Virus record (IMG/VR): IMGVR_UViG_3300005511_000001
Length of the DNA: 64,000 bases
Reading direction: 5' to 3' (one strand)
From: a virus
Part shown: piece after piece, positions 47,680 through 56,896 of the stretch
Layout: each line of letters opens with the position of its first letter
Numbering within the stretch: position 1 is the first letter of the stretch
Position numbers and translations under genes: made by a program
Notes under the pieces: generated by a model
The model's database searches: none
What the model saw: only the letters and a program-made list of their open reading frames with translations
What the model was told of the DNA's origin: nothing

Positions 47680-48081
47680 AAGCGCACACCGTTTGATAAA
47701 TCTGCGAATACGAGGCGCGGCGATGAAGCCGGCGCGAGCTGGCGAAGTGTTCAAAGATCACTGGAAGACTATTTGCGAGAAATGAGCCCGTGCACCATCC
47801 GATGCGCGGGTATTAGGAGCATGGTCGCAAGCCATGTCAGCGCCTCGCAAGCGCTGAAGGTGATGTGGCGGTAGAACCTGGTGGATACCAGATGATTGAA
47901 ACCACTGAGCCGAACTGTCAACATGGTACCCACCTGTGAGTGTAAAACCGCTCACTGACAGTGCCACCGCTGCTGCAGCAGCACCGGCTAGCGCCCGGCA
48001 AGGCGCGATACAAATGTTCAGCCCCACTAACCTGGTGCTGAACGAGGCCTCGTTCGGCACCAAGCATGGAGCTTTTGCAAA

Positions 48082-48195
48082 ATGCGAAAAGCCAAACGAT
48101 CAGCAGCAAAGGTGAGCTGGACGATCGATGTGGCCAAGATCATTACCGCCATCACGGGACTGCTCTTGGTACTGCATCAAATCGGACTTCTGTGA
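48082..48195 (+). CDS. 37-aa basic/hydrophobic peptide
   Basis: MRKAKRSAAKVSWTIDVAKIITAITGLLLVLHQIGLL*; GGAG SD; hairpins on both sides. Confidence 0.55.
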   Translation: MRKAKRSAAKVSWTIDVAKIITAITGLLLVLHQIGLL

Positions 48196-48206
48196 CCTAA
48201 AGGCAG

Positions 48207-48230
48207 GCAGGCCGGTTATCCCCGGCCTGC
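48207..48230. terminator. GC-rich hairpin after the peptide ORF
   Basis: GCAGGCCGG-TTATCC-CCGGCCTGC perfect 9-bp stem; weak U-tract. Confidence 0.5.
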
Positions 48231-48460
48231 TTACGCCTGATGATTTTAGACTGCTACTTGCAAGTTTACAACTCCCAACTGCCAGGATTCCACCCTCGCC
48301 GCGCGGCGGCACCGTCTCTCCCGCTTCGCGCGCCCCACCACCACCAACAACATCATCAAGCAGGTCTATACGGATGAGATCGGCTCGGGGATGGCTATGC
48401 TGCCAGCCAAAGAAGACGCGCTACCGTTTTAACAACGGCAAAAAAATTTAATAGTTTTCT

Positions 48461-48498
48461 GTAGCGACGCTATTGTTTTTAAAATATAGCTGCGCTAT
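48461..48498. promoter_or_regulatory. OL-type operators (2 x 13 bp)
   Basis: GTAGCGACGCTAT 48461 and ATAGCTGCGCTAT 48486 match the OR consensus; upstream of the rightward operon. Confidence 0.8.
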
Positions 48499-48537
48499 AG
48501 TTTGTCCATCGACACCATAAACGCGATGGAGAGCGAA

Positions 48538-48645
48538 ATGTCCTCAGCCGAACTGAAAGCCTTGTCCGATGCAGCAGCCGCTGCTGGCGACGTAGTTCCC
48601 TACTTTGATTTCAGCCAGGCCGCCGCTCCGGCGACGCTGGGCTAA
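48538..48645 (+). CDS. First PL-operon peptide (35 aa)
   Basis: GGAG SD; MSSAELKALSDAAAAAGDVVPYFDF... Confidence 0.45.
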   Translation: MSSAELKALSDAAAAAGDVVPYFDFSQAAAPATLG

Positions 48646-48650
48646 TCATC

Positions 48651-49055
48651 ATGAACGCCCCGGTTTCCGCCGCCCTGCTCCAGCTGCGCGCCGGCACCAT
48701 CGCCGCACCGGTGCGCGAAGGCGATGAGCCACTGAAGGCGGTGCTGGTGGTCACGCAACCGATGGTGCCAGCCACCACGCGCCTGCTGCGCCTCGGCTAC
48801 GAGCACGACGGCCTGCGCGTCGACCTGTACGGCACGCTCGATTCCGCCGGCTACGAAGTGGAGCACGTCGCACTAAGCGGCGCCGCCGACAAAATCGACC
48901 TGAGCGTGTGGCTGACGCGCGAACAACTGCGCCAGATGAGCGACTGGTGCGACATGCACATGCCCAGCGCCCACGCACTGCAGCTAATTTCGCGCGACGA
49001 AGCGCGCGCCGAGCGCCACATGTGGATGCGCAACTGCGGCGCCGAGCCGCCTTGA
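48651..49055 (+). CDS. Hypothetical protein
   Basis: 134 aa, phage-like codon usage. Confidence 0.65.
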   Translation: MNAPVSAALLQLRAGTIAAPVREGDEPLKAVLVVTQPMVPATTRLLRLGYEHDGLRVDLYGTLDSAGYEVEHVALSGAADKIDLSVWLTREQLRQMSDWCDMHMPSAHALQLISRDEARAERHMWMRNCGAEPP

Positions 49056-49086
49056 TCCGAACCCGAAGCGCGCTGCCTCGGAATAC

Positions 49087-49160
49087 AACGCAGCGATAGC
49101 CGTTGGCCAGGCGATAGAAATGCGCCCTGTGGGATCAGCATGCCCCGCTCGCGCTGCGTT
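49087..49160 (+). ncRNA. Candidate multibranch RNA element
   Basis: AACGCAGCG/CGCTGCGTT 9-bp closing stem with short internal hairpins. Confidence 0.3.
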
Positions 49161-49211
49161 AGGCGCCGCCGGCCGGCGTACCCGGCTCAACTAACCAAGA
49201 AAGGCAACACC

Positions 49212-49397
49212 ATGGCAGCAGCACCATTCAAAAAAGGCGCCCCAGTGAAAGCGCGCGCCGCACGCGGCGGCAAGGTCTACACCGGGAAATTCGTCGCCGA
49301 GCGTCCGGCTGGTAAAGGTGTCTTCTACGACGTAGACGTGGGCGAAGAGCACGGCGGCGTCAAGTCGTTCCGTCCATCGCAGGTAACTGCAGCCTGA
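49212..49397 (+). CDS. Small SH3/KOW-like protein
   Basis: GAAAGG SD; FKKGAPV.......G....YDVD...G..KSFRPSQV. Confidence 0.65.
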   Translation: MAAAPFKKGAPVKARAARGGKVYTGKFVAERPAGKGVFYDVDVGEEHGGVKSFRPSQVTAA

Positions 49398-49403
49398 TCA
49401 CCG

Positions 49404-49602
49404 CGCGGCTCGCCGCCAGTAATACCGTCCCGCGCCGGGCAAGCGCGGGTTCAACAGGCGAGGCAGTAGGTTGCAGCTGGTCGAGCCGCGAGGGCAGAGC
49501 CGGCGCCGTACAGACGACACCGCACACGCCTGCTGCCTCCCCTGTTGAAGAAACACCACCGCGACGCCAGCCTGAGTGCGCACAGGCCCATGCCGGACAT
49601 GG
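49404..49602 (+). ncRNA. Candidate structured leader RNA with pseudoknot
   Basis: 21-bp stem 49450-70/49529-49; 9-bp helix 49404-12/49482-90 crossing it; further hairpins. Confidence 0.45.
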
Positions 49603-49641
49603 TTAAAGCCGAACAACAACGAAGTCAACAAGGAGAAGTAC

Positions 49642-49902
49642 ATGAGCGACTTACGCGACACCCTCGACCAAATACTGACGCTGTGCGCGCAGTCGCGCAC
49701 GTACAGCCGCCGCACCCAGACGATTCATGAAGTCGCAATGCGCGGCTTGGGCCTGACTGCGAACCAGCGCGAGGCACGGCACCTGGAGATTCTTGGTCGC
49801 ATCGGCGGAAATCCGCACAAGCAAGCTTATCTCGAGCGCAAGGCGAAGCGCGAAGCCAAGCAGGCTGCACGCGCCGGGGCGCGTGTCGCGGGTGCAGTAT
49901 GA
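49642..49902 (+). CDS. Hypothetical protein
   Basis: AAGGAG SD; 86 aa. Confidence 0.7.
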   Translation: MSDLRDTLDQILTLCAQSRTYSRRTQTIHEVAMRGLGLTANQREARHLEILGRIGGNPHKQAYLERKAKREAKQAARAGARVAGAV

Positions 49903-50204
49903 AGCACCGCATCAGGCCGCTCGGTATGCTGTCCAAGGCAGCTATTGCCACCGCCGCGGCGAATGCCGGCGTGCCGGTCGCAAGCGCCGTCGCACACTTC
50001 GCAGGCGCACGCCCAGTGCCACGCGACGCCACCGCCAAAGAACTGCTCTACGCACACCGCATCATCGGCGTGATGTTGAACGTCATGACGGTTGATCAGA
50101 AACTGACCTGCGCAAAGCAGCTGGAAGCCGAAGGCATCTCGCCCGACGGCATGACCCGTTACCACGAGCGGCTCGCCGCTCTCAAATCAGCAGGTGCCGC
50201 ATGA
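49899..50204 (+). CDS. Hypothetical protein
   Basis: ATGA-coupled; 101 aa. Confidence 0.7.
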   Translation: MKHRIRPLGMLSKAAIATAAANAGVPVASAVAHFAGARPVPRDATAKELLYAHRIIGVMLNVMTVDQKLTCAKQLEAEGISPDGMTRYHERLAALKSAGAA

Positions 50205-50554
50205 ATAACGTCACACACATCACCGCCGGCCGCAGCTCTCGCCTCGCCGTGTTCGCCGCCCTCGCCTTCGCCTACCAAGACTCAGGTCTGACTGAATCCC
50301 TGATGGCTGGCAACCTGGACGCTCCGGAAGCTACGCCGGCCGGCAGCCACGTTAGCCGCTACCAGATCGCCGGCCGCAGCCGCAACAGCGTCGCGCCGCA
50401 GCTTGCCGCGCGCGAGTTTGGCCTTGTCTATAACGTCACCGAGCGCACCGCCGCCGGCGCGCGCAGCTACACCGCGATCGGTGACGCCGCCAAGCTGCAG
50501 GATGCAGCCTACGACGCTGGCGCGATGGGCGTAACCATTGTGGTGCGGCCGTGA
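50201..50554 (+). CDS. Hypothetical protein
   Basis: ATGA-coupled; 117 aa. Confidence 0.7.
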   Translation: MNNVTHITAGRSSRLAVFAALAFAYQDSGLTESLMAGNLDAPEATPAGSHVSRYQIAGRSRNSVAPQLAAREFGLVYNVTERTAAGARSYTAIGDAAKLQDAAYDAGAMGVTIVVRP

Positions 50555-50772
50555 CGCCGGCGCAGAAGGCCCTGGTGCGCATCGCGGCGCTGTGCCGCCG
50601 ACCGAATCACCGGATCACCCGCCAGATTCGCCTGCTGGAGCTCGCGCTGGAAGGCTTGGGCGTGCCGACCGCGTTGCGTGACGAGGAAATCCGCAAGGTG
50701 ATTCAGGAGCGCCGCGACCTCGCGCAGCAGCGCGTCGCAGCAAACGCCGGAGGTCGCCGTGAAGCTGCGTGA
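50551..50772 (+). CDS. Hypothetical protein, paralogue of 49642-49902
   Basis: GTGA-coupled; shared I..LC...E.A..GLG pattern. Confidence 0.65.
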   Translation: MTPAQKALVRIAALCRRPNHRITRQIRLLELALEGLGVPTALRDEEIRKVIQERRDLAQQRVAANAGGRREAA

Positions 50773-50893
50773 CTGGCTGACCATTGCCGCGCTGGGAATG
50801 CTGGTCGGCTCCGCGTACGCCTACCTGCAGCACGCCGACGAAGAGGCGGCCGAGCGCGAGCGCGCGATTTGGACCGCAAAGGTGGATCGATGA
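50759..50893 (+). CDS. Small membrane protein (44 aa)
   Basis: GGAGG SD; MKLRDWLTIAALGMLVGSAYAYL... Confidence 0.5.
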   Translation: MKLRDWLTIAALGMLVGSAYAYLQHADEEAAERERAIWTAKVDR

Positions 50894-51021
50894 GGGCCGC
50901 GCTCGCCGCCTTGGCTAGCACCGCCTTGCGCAACCTGCGCGCCGGCCACCGACCAGAACATGCGCTGCGCCTGGCGCTGCTGAATAACGAAGTCAACAAC
51001 CTGAATCGGAGAATACGATGA
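50890..51021 (+). CDS. Small hypothetical protein (43 aa)
   Basis: ATGA overlaps at both ends. Confidence 0.4.
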   Translation: MRAALAALASTALRNLRAGHRPEHALRLALLNNEVNNLNRRIR

Positions 51022-51953
51022 ACGCAGTAACCCGCGAAGCACATAGCGCGATGCAGATGACAACGGCACCGGCCGACCTGCCCGCGATCACCACCAGCAG
51101 CACCGCTCTGATCCTGGACGTCGCCAGCATGGAGAGCATCCTGCGTCTGGCTGACGTCATGGCGAAAAGCCGGACGACTATCCCGGACCACCTTAAGGGC
51201 AACCCGCCCGACTGCGCCGCAATCATCATGCAGGCGATGCAGTGGAAGATGAATCCGTTCGCCGTGGCCCAGAAGACCCACATCGTGAATGGCGCGTTGG
51301 GCTACGAGGGGCAGTTGGTGAACTCCGCGATTCAGTCGAGCGGCGTCACGGTTGACCGCTTCAATTACGAGTGGTTCGGCCCATGGGAGCGGATCATCGG
51401 CAAGACCAAAGTCGTAAGCGTGCCGGAGCGCGGCAAGAAAGGCGACAAGGATTACCGGAAGGCCTACCAGTTCCACGCCCCGGACTACGACATGGCTGCC
51501 GAGGAAGGCTTGGGCATTCGCATCTGGGCCACCCTGCGCGGCGAGCGTGCACCTCGCGAACTGACGCTCCTGCTGGTACAGGCGAGCGTACGCAACTCGC
51601 CGCTCTGGGCTACCGATCCTCGTCAGCAGCTCGCCTATCTGGCCGTGAAGCGCTGGACTCGCCTCTACGCACCCGACGTCATCTTGGGCGTCTATACGCC
51701 AGATGAGCTGGATGAATCCAGCCGCGAGATTCGCGACATCACCCCACCGCCAGCGCAGGCGGTAATCGACGAACAAGTGCTTTTGCCCGAAGTTAGCGAA
51801 GAGCAGTTCAAGGCCGAAACGCCGAAGTGGCGCCAGATCATCCTGCAGAAGAAGAAAACGCCGGAGCAGCTGATCGCTCAGCTCAGCACCCGCGCCACCT
51901 TCACCGAAGACCAAAAGCTGACGATCCATTCGTGGGCACACGAAAACAACTAA
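51018..51953 (+). CDS. recT: RecT-family ssDNA annealing protein
   Basis: IP.HL.GNP.DC.AI..QAMQW.MNPFAVAQKT...NG.LGYE; RNSPLW..DP.QQL.YLA. Confidence 0.9.
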   Translation: MNAVTREAHSAMQMTTAPADLPAITTSSTALILDVASMESILRLADVMAKSRTTIPDHLKGNPPDCAAIIMQAMQWKMNPFAVAQKTHIVNGALGYEGQLVNSAIQSSGVTVDRFNYEWFGPWERIIGKTKVVSVPERGKKGDKDYRKAYQFHAPDYDMAAEEGLGIRIWATLRGERAPRELTLLLVQASVRNSPLWATDPRQQLAYLAVKRWTRLYAPDVILGVYTPDELDESSREIRDITPPPAQAVIDEQVLLPEVSEEQFKAETPKWRQIILQKKKTPEQLIAQLSTRATFTEDQKLTIHSWAHENN

Positions 51954-51983
51954 TCCGACAACGACAACGAACGGGAAAACATC

Positions 51984-53852
51984 ATGCAACGCGATCCAAA
52001 CCTGCACCATCAAGTTCACGAGCTCGCTCAGGGTAGCGACGACTGGCACGCCTTCCGCGCGCAGCACAACGGCGCCAGCGAGGCGCCAGCCATGCTGGGA
52101 CTGTCCGACAAAGTCACCCGCGACGAGCTGGTGCGTATGAAGGCTACCGGCCTGGCCAAAGAATTTTCCGACTGGGTTCAAGAGAACATCCTCGACCACG
52201 GCCACGAAGTGGAAGCGCTGGCGCGCCCTCTGGCCGAGAAGATCATCGGCGACGACCTGTATCCAGTCACCTGCTCGCTCGGCCGCATCAGCGCCTCGTG
52301 CGACGGCTTGACCATCTGCGACAGCATCGGCTGGGAGCACAAGCAGTGGAACGAACAGCTGGCCACCAGCGTTCGCACCGGCACGGTGCCAGACACCCAC
52401 ATGCCACAGGTCCAGCAGCAGTTGATGGTCACCGGCGCAGAGAAGTGGATGTTCATGGTCTCCGACGGCACCGAGGCCAACATGGTCTGGACCTGGGTAT
52501 ATCCGGATGCCGGTTGGTTCGACCGGATCCGCGCCGGCTGGGAGCAGTTCGACGCCGACGTGGCGAACTACAAACAGGTCGACCACGCCGTGAAGCCCGA
52601 AGCGGCGCCGGCCGCCGCCCTGCCCGCTCTGGTCGTCCAGACCGAAGGCAAGGTTGTCAGCAGCAACCTGATGATCTACCAGAAGGCCGCCGAGAAGTTC
52701 CTGTCCACGATCAAGACCGACTTGCAGGACGACCAAGACTTCGCCGATGCCGAGTACAACGTCAAATTCTGCGGCGAGGCCGAACAGAAGCTGGAACTTG
52801 CAAAGGCGGCCGCGCTGGCGCAGACCTCGACCATCGACGAGGTAATGCGCACGGTCGACCACATCAAAGCTCAGTTCCGCGCCAAGCGCCTGGAACTGGA
52901 AAAGCTGGTCAAAGTGCGCAAGGACCAGATCAAAGAAACCATCCTCAACGAAGGCAAGCGCGAGTACATGGAACACGTCGCAGCACTGGAAGCCGAGATT
53001 GCGCCGATCCGCCTGCAGCTTCAGCAGCCCGACTTCGCCGGTGCCATGAAGAGCCTGCGCACGCTGGCCAGCCTCCACAATGCCGTGAACACCGCACTGG
53101 CCAACGCCAAGGTCGCGGCCAACCAGGCGGCAGCCGACGTGCGCGCCAAGCTGGTCTGGTACAACGCCAACGTGGGCGAACATGCCGGCCTGTTCCGCGA
53201 CCTGCAGCAGATCATCGGCAAGGCCTACGACGACTTCCAGCTGGTGGTGCGCACTCGCATCGCTGACCACGTCCGCGCCGAAGAAGCAAAGCAGCAAGCG
53301 CTGCGCGCTCGGATAGCCGCCGAGGAAAAGGCAAAGGCGGAAGCCGCAGCACGCGCCGATCTGGAACACCAGCAGCGCGAAGCTGCTGAGCGCCAGGCAG
53401 CCGCCGAAAAGGCTGAGCGCGAGCGCGTGGCCACCGAAACGAAGCGCCAACTGGAAGCGCAGGCCGCGCAGATCGCAGCACAGCGCCAAGCCGCACAGTC
53501 CGAGCGCCCGACCACCGCCGCAGCCGCAATTGTGCAAGCCAACGCTCTGGCCGAGCAAGCGCGCCTGGCCGACTTGGCAGACGCGCAGGTTGCAGCCGCT
53601 GAGACACCACCTACCGGCGACCTGTTCGACCAGCCGGGCGCCGTTCCCACCGCACCGCCAGCGCTGCGCCTCGGCCAGATCAACGAACGCATCGCGCCGC
53701 TGGCGATCAGCGCCGACGGTCTGCTTTCGCTGGGTTTCACGCCGGCAGCTACCGACAAGTCGGCGAAGCTGTACCACGAGTCTGACTTCCCGCGCATCTG
53801 CGCTGCGATTCAGCGCCACATCAGCACCATCCATGCCAAGTACGCAGCATAA
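51984..53852 (+). CDS. YqaJ/lambda-exonuclease-family protein with long coiled coil
   Basis: QGSDDW.AFR....GASE, GH..E..AR, ASCDG, WEHK, QVQQQL motifs. Confidence 0.9.
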   Translation: MQRDPNLHHQVHELAQGSDDWHAFRAQHNGASEAPAMLGLSDKVTRDELVRMKATGLAKEFSDWVQENILDHGHEVEALARPLAEKIIGDDLYPVTCSLGRISASCDGLTICDSIGWEHKQWNEQLATSVRTGTVPDTHMPQVQQQLMVTGAEKWMFMVSDGTEANMVWTWVYPDAGWFDRIRAGWEQFDADVANYKQVDHAVKPEAAPAAALPALVVQTEGKVVSSNLMIYQKAAEKFLSTIKTDLQDDQDFADAEYNVKFCGEAEQKLELAKAAALAQTSTIDEVMRTVDHIKAQFRAKRLELEKLVKVRKDQIKETILNEGKREYMEHVAALEAEIAPIRLQLQQPDFAGAMKSLRTLASLHNAVNTALANAKVAANQAAADVRAKLVWYNANVGEHAGLFRDLQQIIGKAYDDFQLVVRTRIADHVRAEEAKQQALRARIAAEEKAKAEAAARADLEHQQREAAERQAAAEKAERERVATETKRQLEAQAAQIAAQRQAAQSERPTTAAAAIVQANALAEQARLADLADAQVAAAETPPTGDLFDQPGAVPTAPPALRLGQINERIAPLAISADGLLSLGFTPAATDKSAKLYHESDFPRICAAIQRHISTIHAKYAA

Positions 53853-53873
53853 CCAGCAACCACGGAGAACACC

Positions 53874-54635
53874 ATGAGCGCCATCCCGACCATCAACATG
53901 CAGAAAGTCGAATCCAGTCAGTTCGCAGCCATCGGCCATGTGCCCGAGCTGAACCTGCTGGCCATCCTGTTTCACCCGAAAAAATCGGGCGAGAGCGATA
54001 TCTACCACTACCAGAACGTCAGCGCCGCAATGTTCGCTGAATTCCTGGGTGCCGAGTCGCTGGGCTCCTTCTTCATCCAGCGCATCAAGAAGTGCGCGGA
54101 CCAGTTCCCGTATGTGAAAGCCGACAAGGCGGCGTTCAATTATGCCGCCGGCGAGCCAGCGCTGAAGCCGGTCAGCCTGTCGGTGCCGGTCGCCGCCGCG
54201 CCGGCGCTAACCAAGGAATTGCTGGCTGTCGCGCTGCATGGCCGCGAGTATCCGTTCGACCTGACCGACGAAGAACAGGCGCAAGCAAAGGCGGCTGGTC
54301 TGGTCGTGATCTTCGGCGCCAGCGATGACCTTATGGAGCTGCGCGGCGCGATCAACGACGAATGCGACTGCGACGGCGGCGGCACTGCGCTGATCGACGC
54401 GAAGGGCCTGCTGCCGGATCGCGACAACATCGAGAGCGACGACGAACTGCGCGATTACCTCGCCCGCCAGCCGCTGGCCCACAAGGTCGATGCGCTGTCG
54501 TGCTCGGAAGGCGACTACACCTGGACCTACCGCACAAGCATCCCGCATGCGACGTTCGACGTCGCCGGCGTCGGCGGCCCGTACTGCCGTGGCATCGTGA
54601 TCAGCGTTGCTGACCTGGGCGGTGCTCCCGAGTGA
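53874..54635 (+). CDS. KTSC-domain fusion protein
   Basis: VESSQ..AIGH......L.I.F....IY.Y.NV....F.EFL.AES.G.FF...IK, plus an acidic C-terminal domain. Confidence 0.8.
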   Translation: MSAIPTINMQKVESSQFAAIGHVPELNLLAILFHPKKSGESDIYHYQNVSAAMFAEFLGAESLGSFFIQRIKKCADQFPYVKADKAAFNYAAGEPALKPVSLSVPVAAAPALTKELLAVALHGREYPFDLTDEEQAQAKAAGLVVIFGASDDLMELRGAINDECDCDGGGTALIDAKGLLPDRDNIESDDELRDYLARQPLAHKVDALSCSEGDYTWTYRTSIPHATFDVAGVGGPYCRGIVISVADLGGAPE

Positions 54636-54919
54636 AAACCTGCCGCGCATGCTTGGCACAACTCCCCGGCCACAACTGCTTGGCGTGCCGACGCAACGGC
54701 CGCGCCAAGTGGCGCCTGGAACACAAGGAAGAGGCAACTGAGCACAACGTCCTGCTGGATTTTACGCGGCGCGCGAAAGCGGCGCTGGTGCGTGCGCTAG
54801 GCGTGCCAGCGTCTCAACTGCCTCGCAACCTCATCATATTGAAGCGAGAGCAACTGGCCAATCGACAAATCTCGCACGAGCTGTCGAGAACGATAAAGGA
54901 ACTTTGTAATGAGTCTTGA
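54632..54919 (+). CDS. Hypothetical protein with CxxC motifs
   Basis: GTGA-coupled; CRAC...CLAC. Confidence 0.55.
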   Translation: MKTCRACLAQLPGHNCLACRRNGRAKWRLEHKEEATEHNVLLDFTRRAKAALVRALGVPASQLPRNLIILKREQLANRQISHELSRTIKELCNES

Positions 54920-55175
54920 AATTAACCAAATAGCCACCTTTGGCGACGCTCGCCGGATGATCCTTGACACTATCGTCGAGCTCCGCAACGGCAGCATGGA
55001 TATCAATCGCGGAATGGCGATTGCAGCCAATATGAAGGTCTTGAACGAAAGCGTTCAGACCGAAATCAACGCCGCAAAGATGGCCCTACAGGCGCATCAG
55101 GCTGGGCATGATTTCGGACGTATCGTCGGCATGGGACAAAAGCAAATCGCCAATAGCGAAGGGCAAATCGCATGA
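54909..55175 (+). CDS. Hypothetical protein
   Basis: AAGGA SD; 88 aa. Confidence 0.65.
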   Translation: MSLEINQIATFGDARRMILDTIVELRNGSMDINRGMAIAANMKVLNESVQTEINAAKMALQAHQAGHDFGRIVGMGQKQIANSEGQIA

Positions 55176-55203
55176 TGCTCACCGCTCAATTGGGAGCACC
55201 GCC

Positions 55204-55665
55204 TTGACCGAAATCGTGCTGATGAAGGTCTCCAACATCCTCGTGCCACACGACGAGGCTGCGGCGGCCTTCATCCAGAAAATGAAAGCCGGCGAGCTGA
55301 CCCACGCCGATTTTAAGAGGGTCAGGAATTACAAGTTTCACAAAAAGTACTTCGCGCTGCTCGACTTCGCTTTCGAGCAGTGGGAGCCCAACGGCGAGGT
55401 GACCTACAAGGGCATGCCGGTGGCGAAGAACAAAGAGCGATTCCGCAAGGACCTGATCATCTTGGCCGGCTTTTACGAGTCCACGGTGAACCTGCGGAGC
55501 GAAGTCCGCCTGGAACCGAAGAGCATCAGCTTCGCTCAGATGGATGAGATCGAGTTCGAGCAGTTGTACAACGCGACCGTGGATGTGGTGCTGCGGCGCA
55601 TTTTGACCAGATACACCAGGCAAGACCTAGACAACGTGATTAACCAGCTGCTGGCCTTTACATGA
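55204..55665 (+). CDS. DUF1367-family protein
   Basis: [20 protein letters not shown]...I.AGFY, SISFA.MD..EF..LY. Confidence 0.85.
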   Translation: MTEIVLMKVSNILVPHDEAAAAFIQKMKAGELTHADFKRVRNYKFHKKYFALLDFAFEQWEPNGEVTYKGMPVAKNKERFRKDLIILAGFYESTVNLRSEVRLEPKSISFAQMDEIEFEQLYNATVDVVLRRILTRYTRQDLDNVINQLLAFT

Positions 55666-55690
55666 GCCGGCGGCACCGAGAAGGGCCGAT

Positions 55691-56896
55691 ATGTTTTTCC
55701 GCAACCTCCAAATCTACCGTCTCCCCGCGCCGTGGGCAATGACCGCCGACGCGCTGGCCAGCATGCTCGCGCCGCAGGCCTTCACTCCGCCGAGCAGCAA
55801 TGAGCTGCTGCGCCAAGGCTGGGACGCGCCGCGCCCGGGCGGCGGACTGGTGCACACCGTGAACAAGCAGATGCTGCTCCTGCTGCGCACGGAGAAAAAG
55901 CTGTTGCCGACCACCGTCATCAACCAGGTGGCGAAGGCGCGCGCCGCCGAAATGGAAGAGGCGCAGGGTTTCGCACCCGGCAAGAAGGCCATGAAGGAAC
56001 TGAAGGAGCGCGTGGCCGACGAACTGCTGCCGCGCGCGTTCAGCATCCAGTCCACCACGCCGGTATGGATCGACCCCGTGCACGGCTGGCTGGTGGTCGA
56101 CGCGGCCAGCCCGGCCAAGGCCGACGAGGCGATCAAACTGCTGCTGAAGGCTGTCGACCGCATGCCACTGGAAAGCCTGCGTGTGCAGCGCTCGCCGGTG
56201 GGCGTGATGACCGACTGGTTGTCCACCGACGAAGCGCCGGCCGGCTTCACGGTCGACCAGGACGCCACGCTGCGCGCCACCGGCGAAAGCAAGGCGCAGG
56301 TGGCCTACAAAAAGCACACGCTGGATCCTGACGACGTGCGCCGCCACATCAAGGCCGGCAAGCAGTGCACGCGCCTGGCCATGACGTGGGACAGCAAGAT
56401 CAGCTTCGTGCTGGACGAGAGTCTGGCCGTGAAGTCGGTCAAGCCACTGGACGTGCTGACCGAGCGCGAAATCACCAGCCGCAACGACGAAGAGCGCTTC
56501 GACGGGGACTTCGCGCTGATGGCCGGCGAACTGGCGAAGTTGCTGGCCGACCTCGTTGAGGCGCTGGGAGGCGAAGCGCTGATGGACGCGCCGGCGCCAA
56601 CCGATTCAGCCAAGGGTGATGAGCCGGTGCGCGAGCAGCGGACCTCGAAATGGGTGGATGGAGTCGGCCATGTGCCGGTCCCGGCCGGCGACGGCAGTGC
56701 CACCGATCCGCTGTACGAGCAGGCCGTGGCCGTGGTGCGCACCAACCAGCGCGCGTCGATCTCGCTGGTGCAGCGCCACCTGAGGATCGGCTATAACCGG
56801 GCAGCGCGGATGCTGGAGGCGATGATCGAAACCGGAATCGCAGCGGAATCTGGCAGTGCTTACGAAGCTGTTGAAGGCAAGGGAGCAACCAATTGA
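55691..56896 (+). CDS. rdgC: RdgC recombination-associated protein fused to FtsK-gamma
   Basis: MFFRNL.IYRL, EKKLLP..VI, LLPRAF, LA.TWD..ISFVL; C-terminal DPLYEQAV...[19 protein letters not shown]. Confidence 0.92.
   Translation: MFFRNLQIYRLPAPWAMTADALASMLAPQAFTPPSSNELLRQGWDAPRPGGGLVHTVNKQMLLLLRTEKKLLPTTVINQVAKARAAEMEEAQGFAPGKKAMKELKERVADELLPRAFSIQSTTPVWIDPVHGWLVVDAASPAKADEAIKLLLKAVDRMPLESLRVQRSPVGVMTDWLSTDEAPAGFTVDQDATLRATGESKAQVAYKKHTLDPDDVRRHIKAGKQCTRLAMTWDSKISFVLDESLAVKSVKPLDVLTEREITSRNDEERFDGDFALMAGELAKLLADLVEALGGEALMDAPAPTDSAKGDEPVREQRTSKWVDGVGHVPVPAGDGSATDPLYEQAVAVVRTNQRASISLVQRHLRIGYNRAARMLEAMIETGIAAESGSAYEAVEGKGATN

Noticed and set aside
47758-48063. 101-aa minus-strand ORF in the immunity region
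   Set aside because: No clear SD or motif; overlaps a hairpin-rich region upstream of the 37-aa peptide
50703-54008. 1101-aa minus-strand ORF
   Set aside because: Antisense shadow of recT/yqaJ in GC-rich coding DNA; no motif and no coupling. Many other long track ORFs (e.g. 13773-15206, 19493-20809, 22784-24325, 24844-26289) were rejected on the same grounds.
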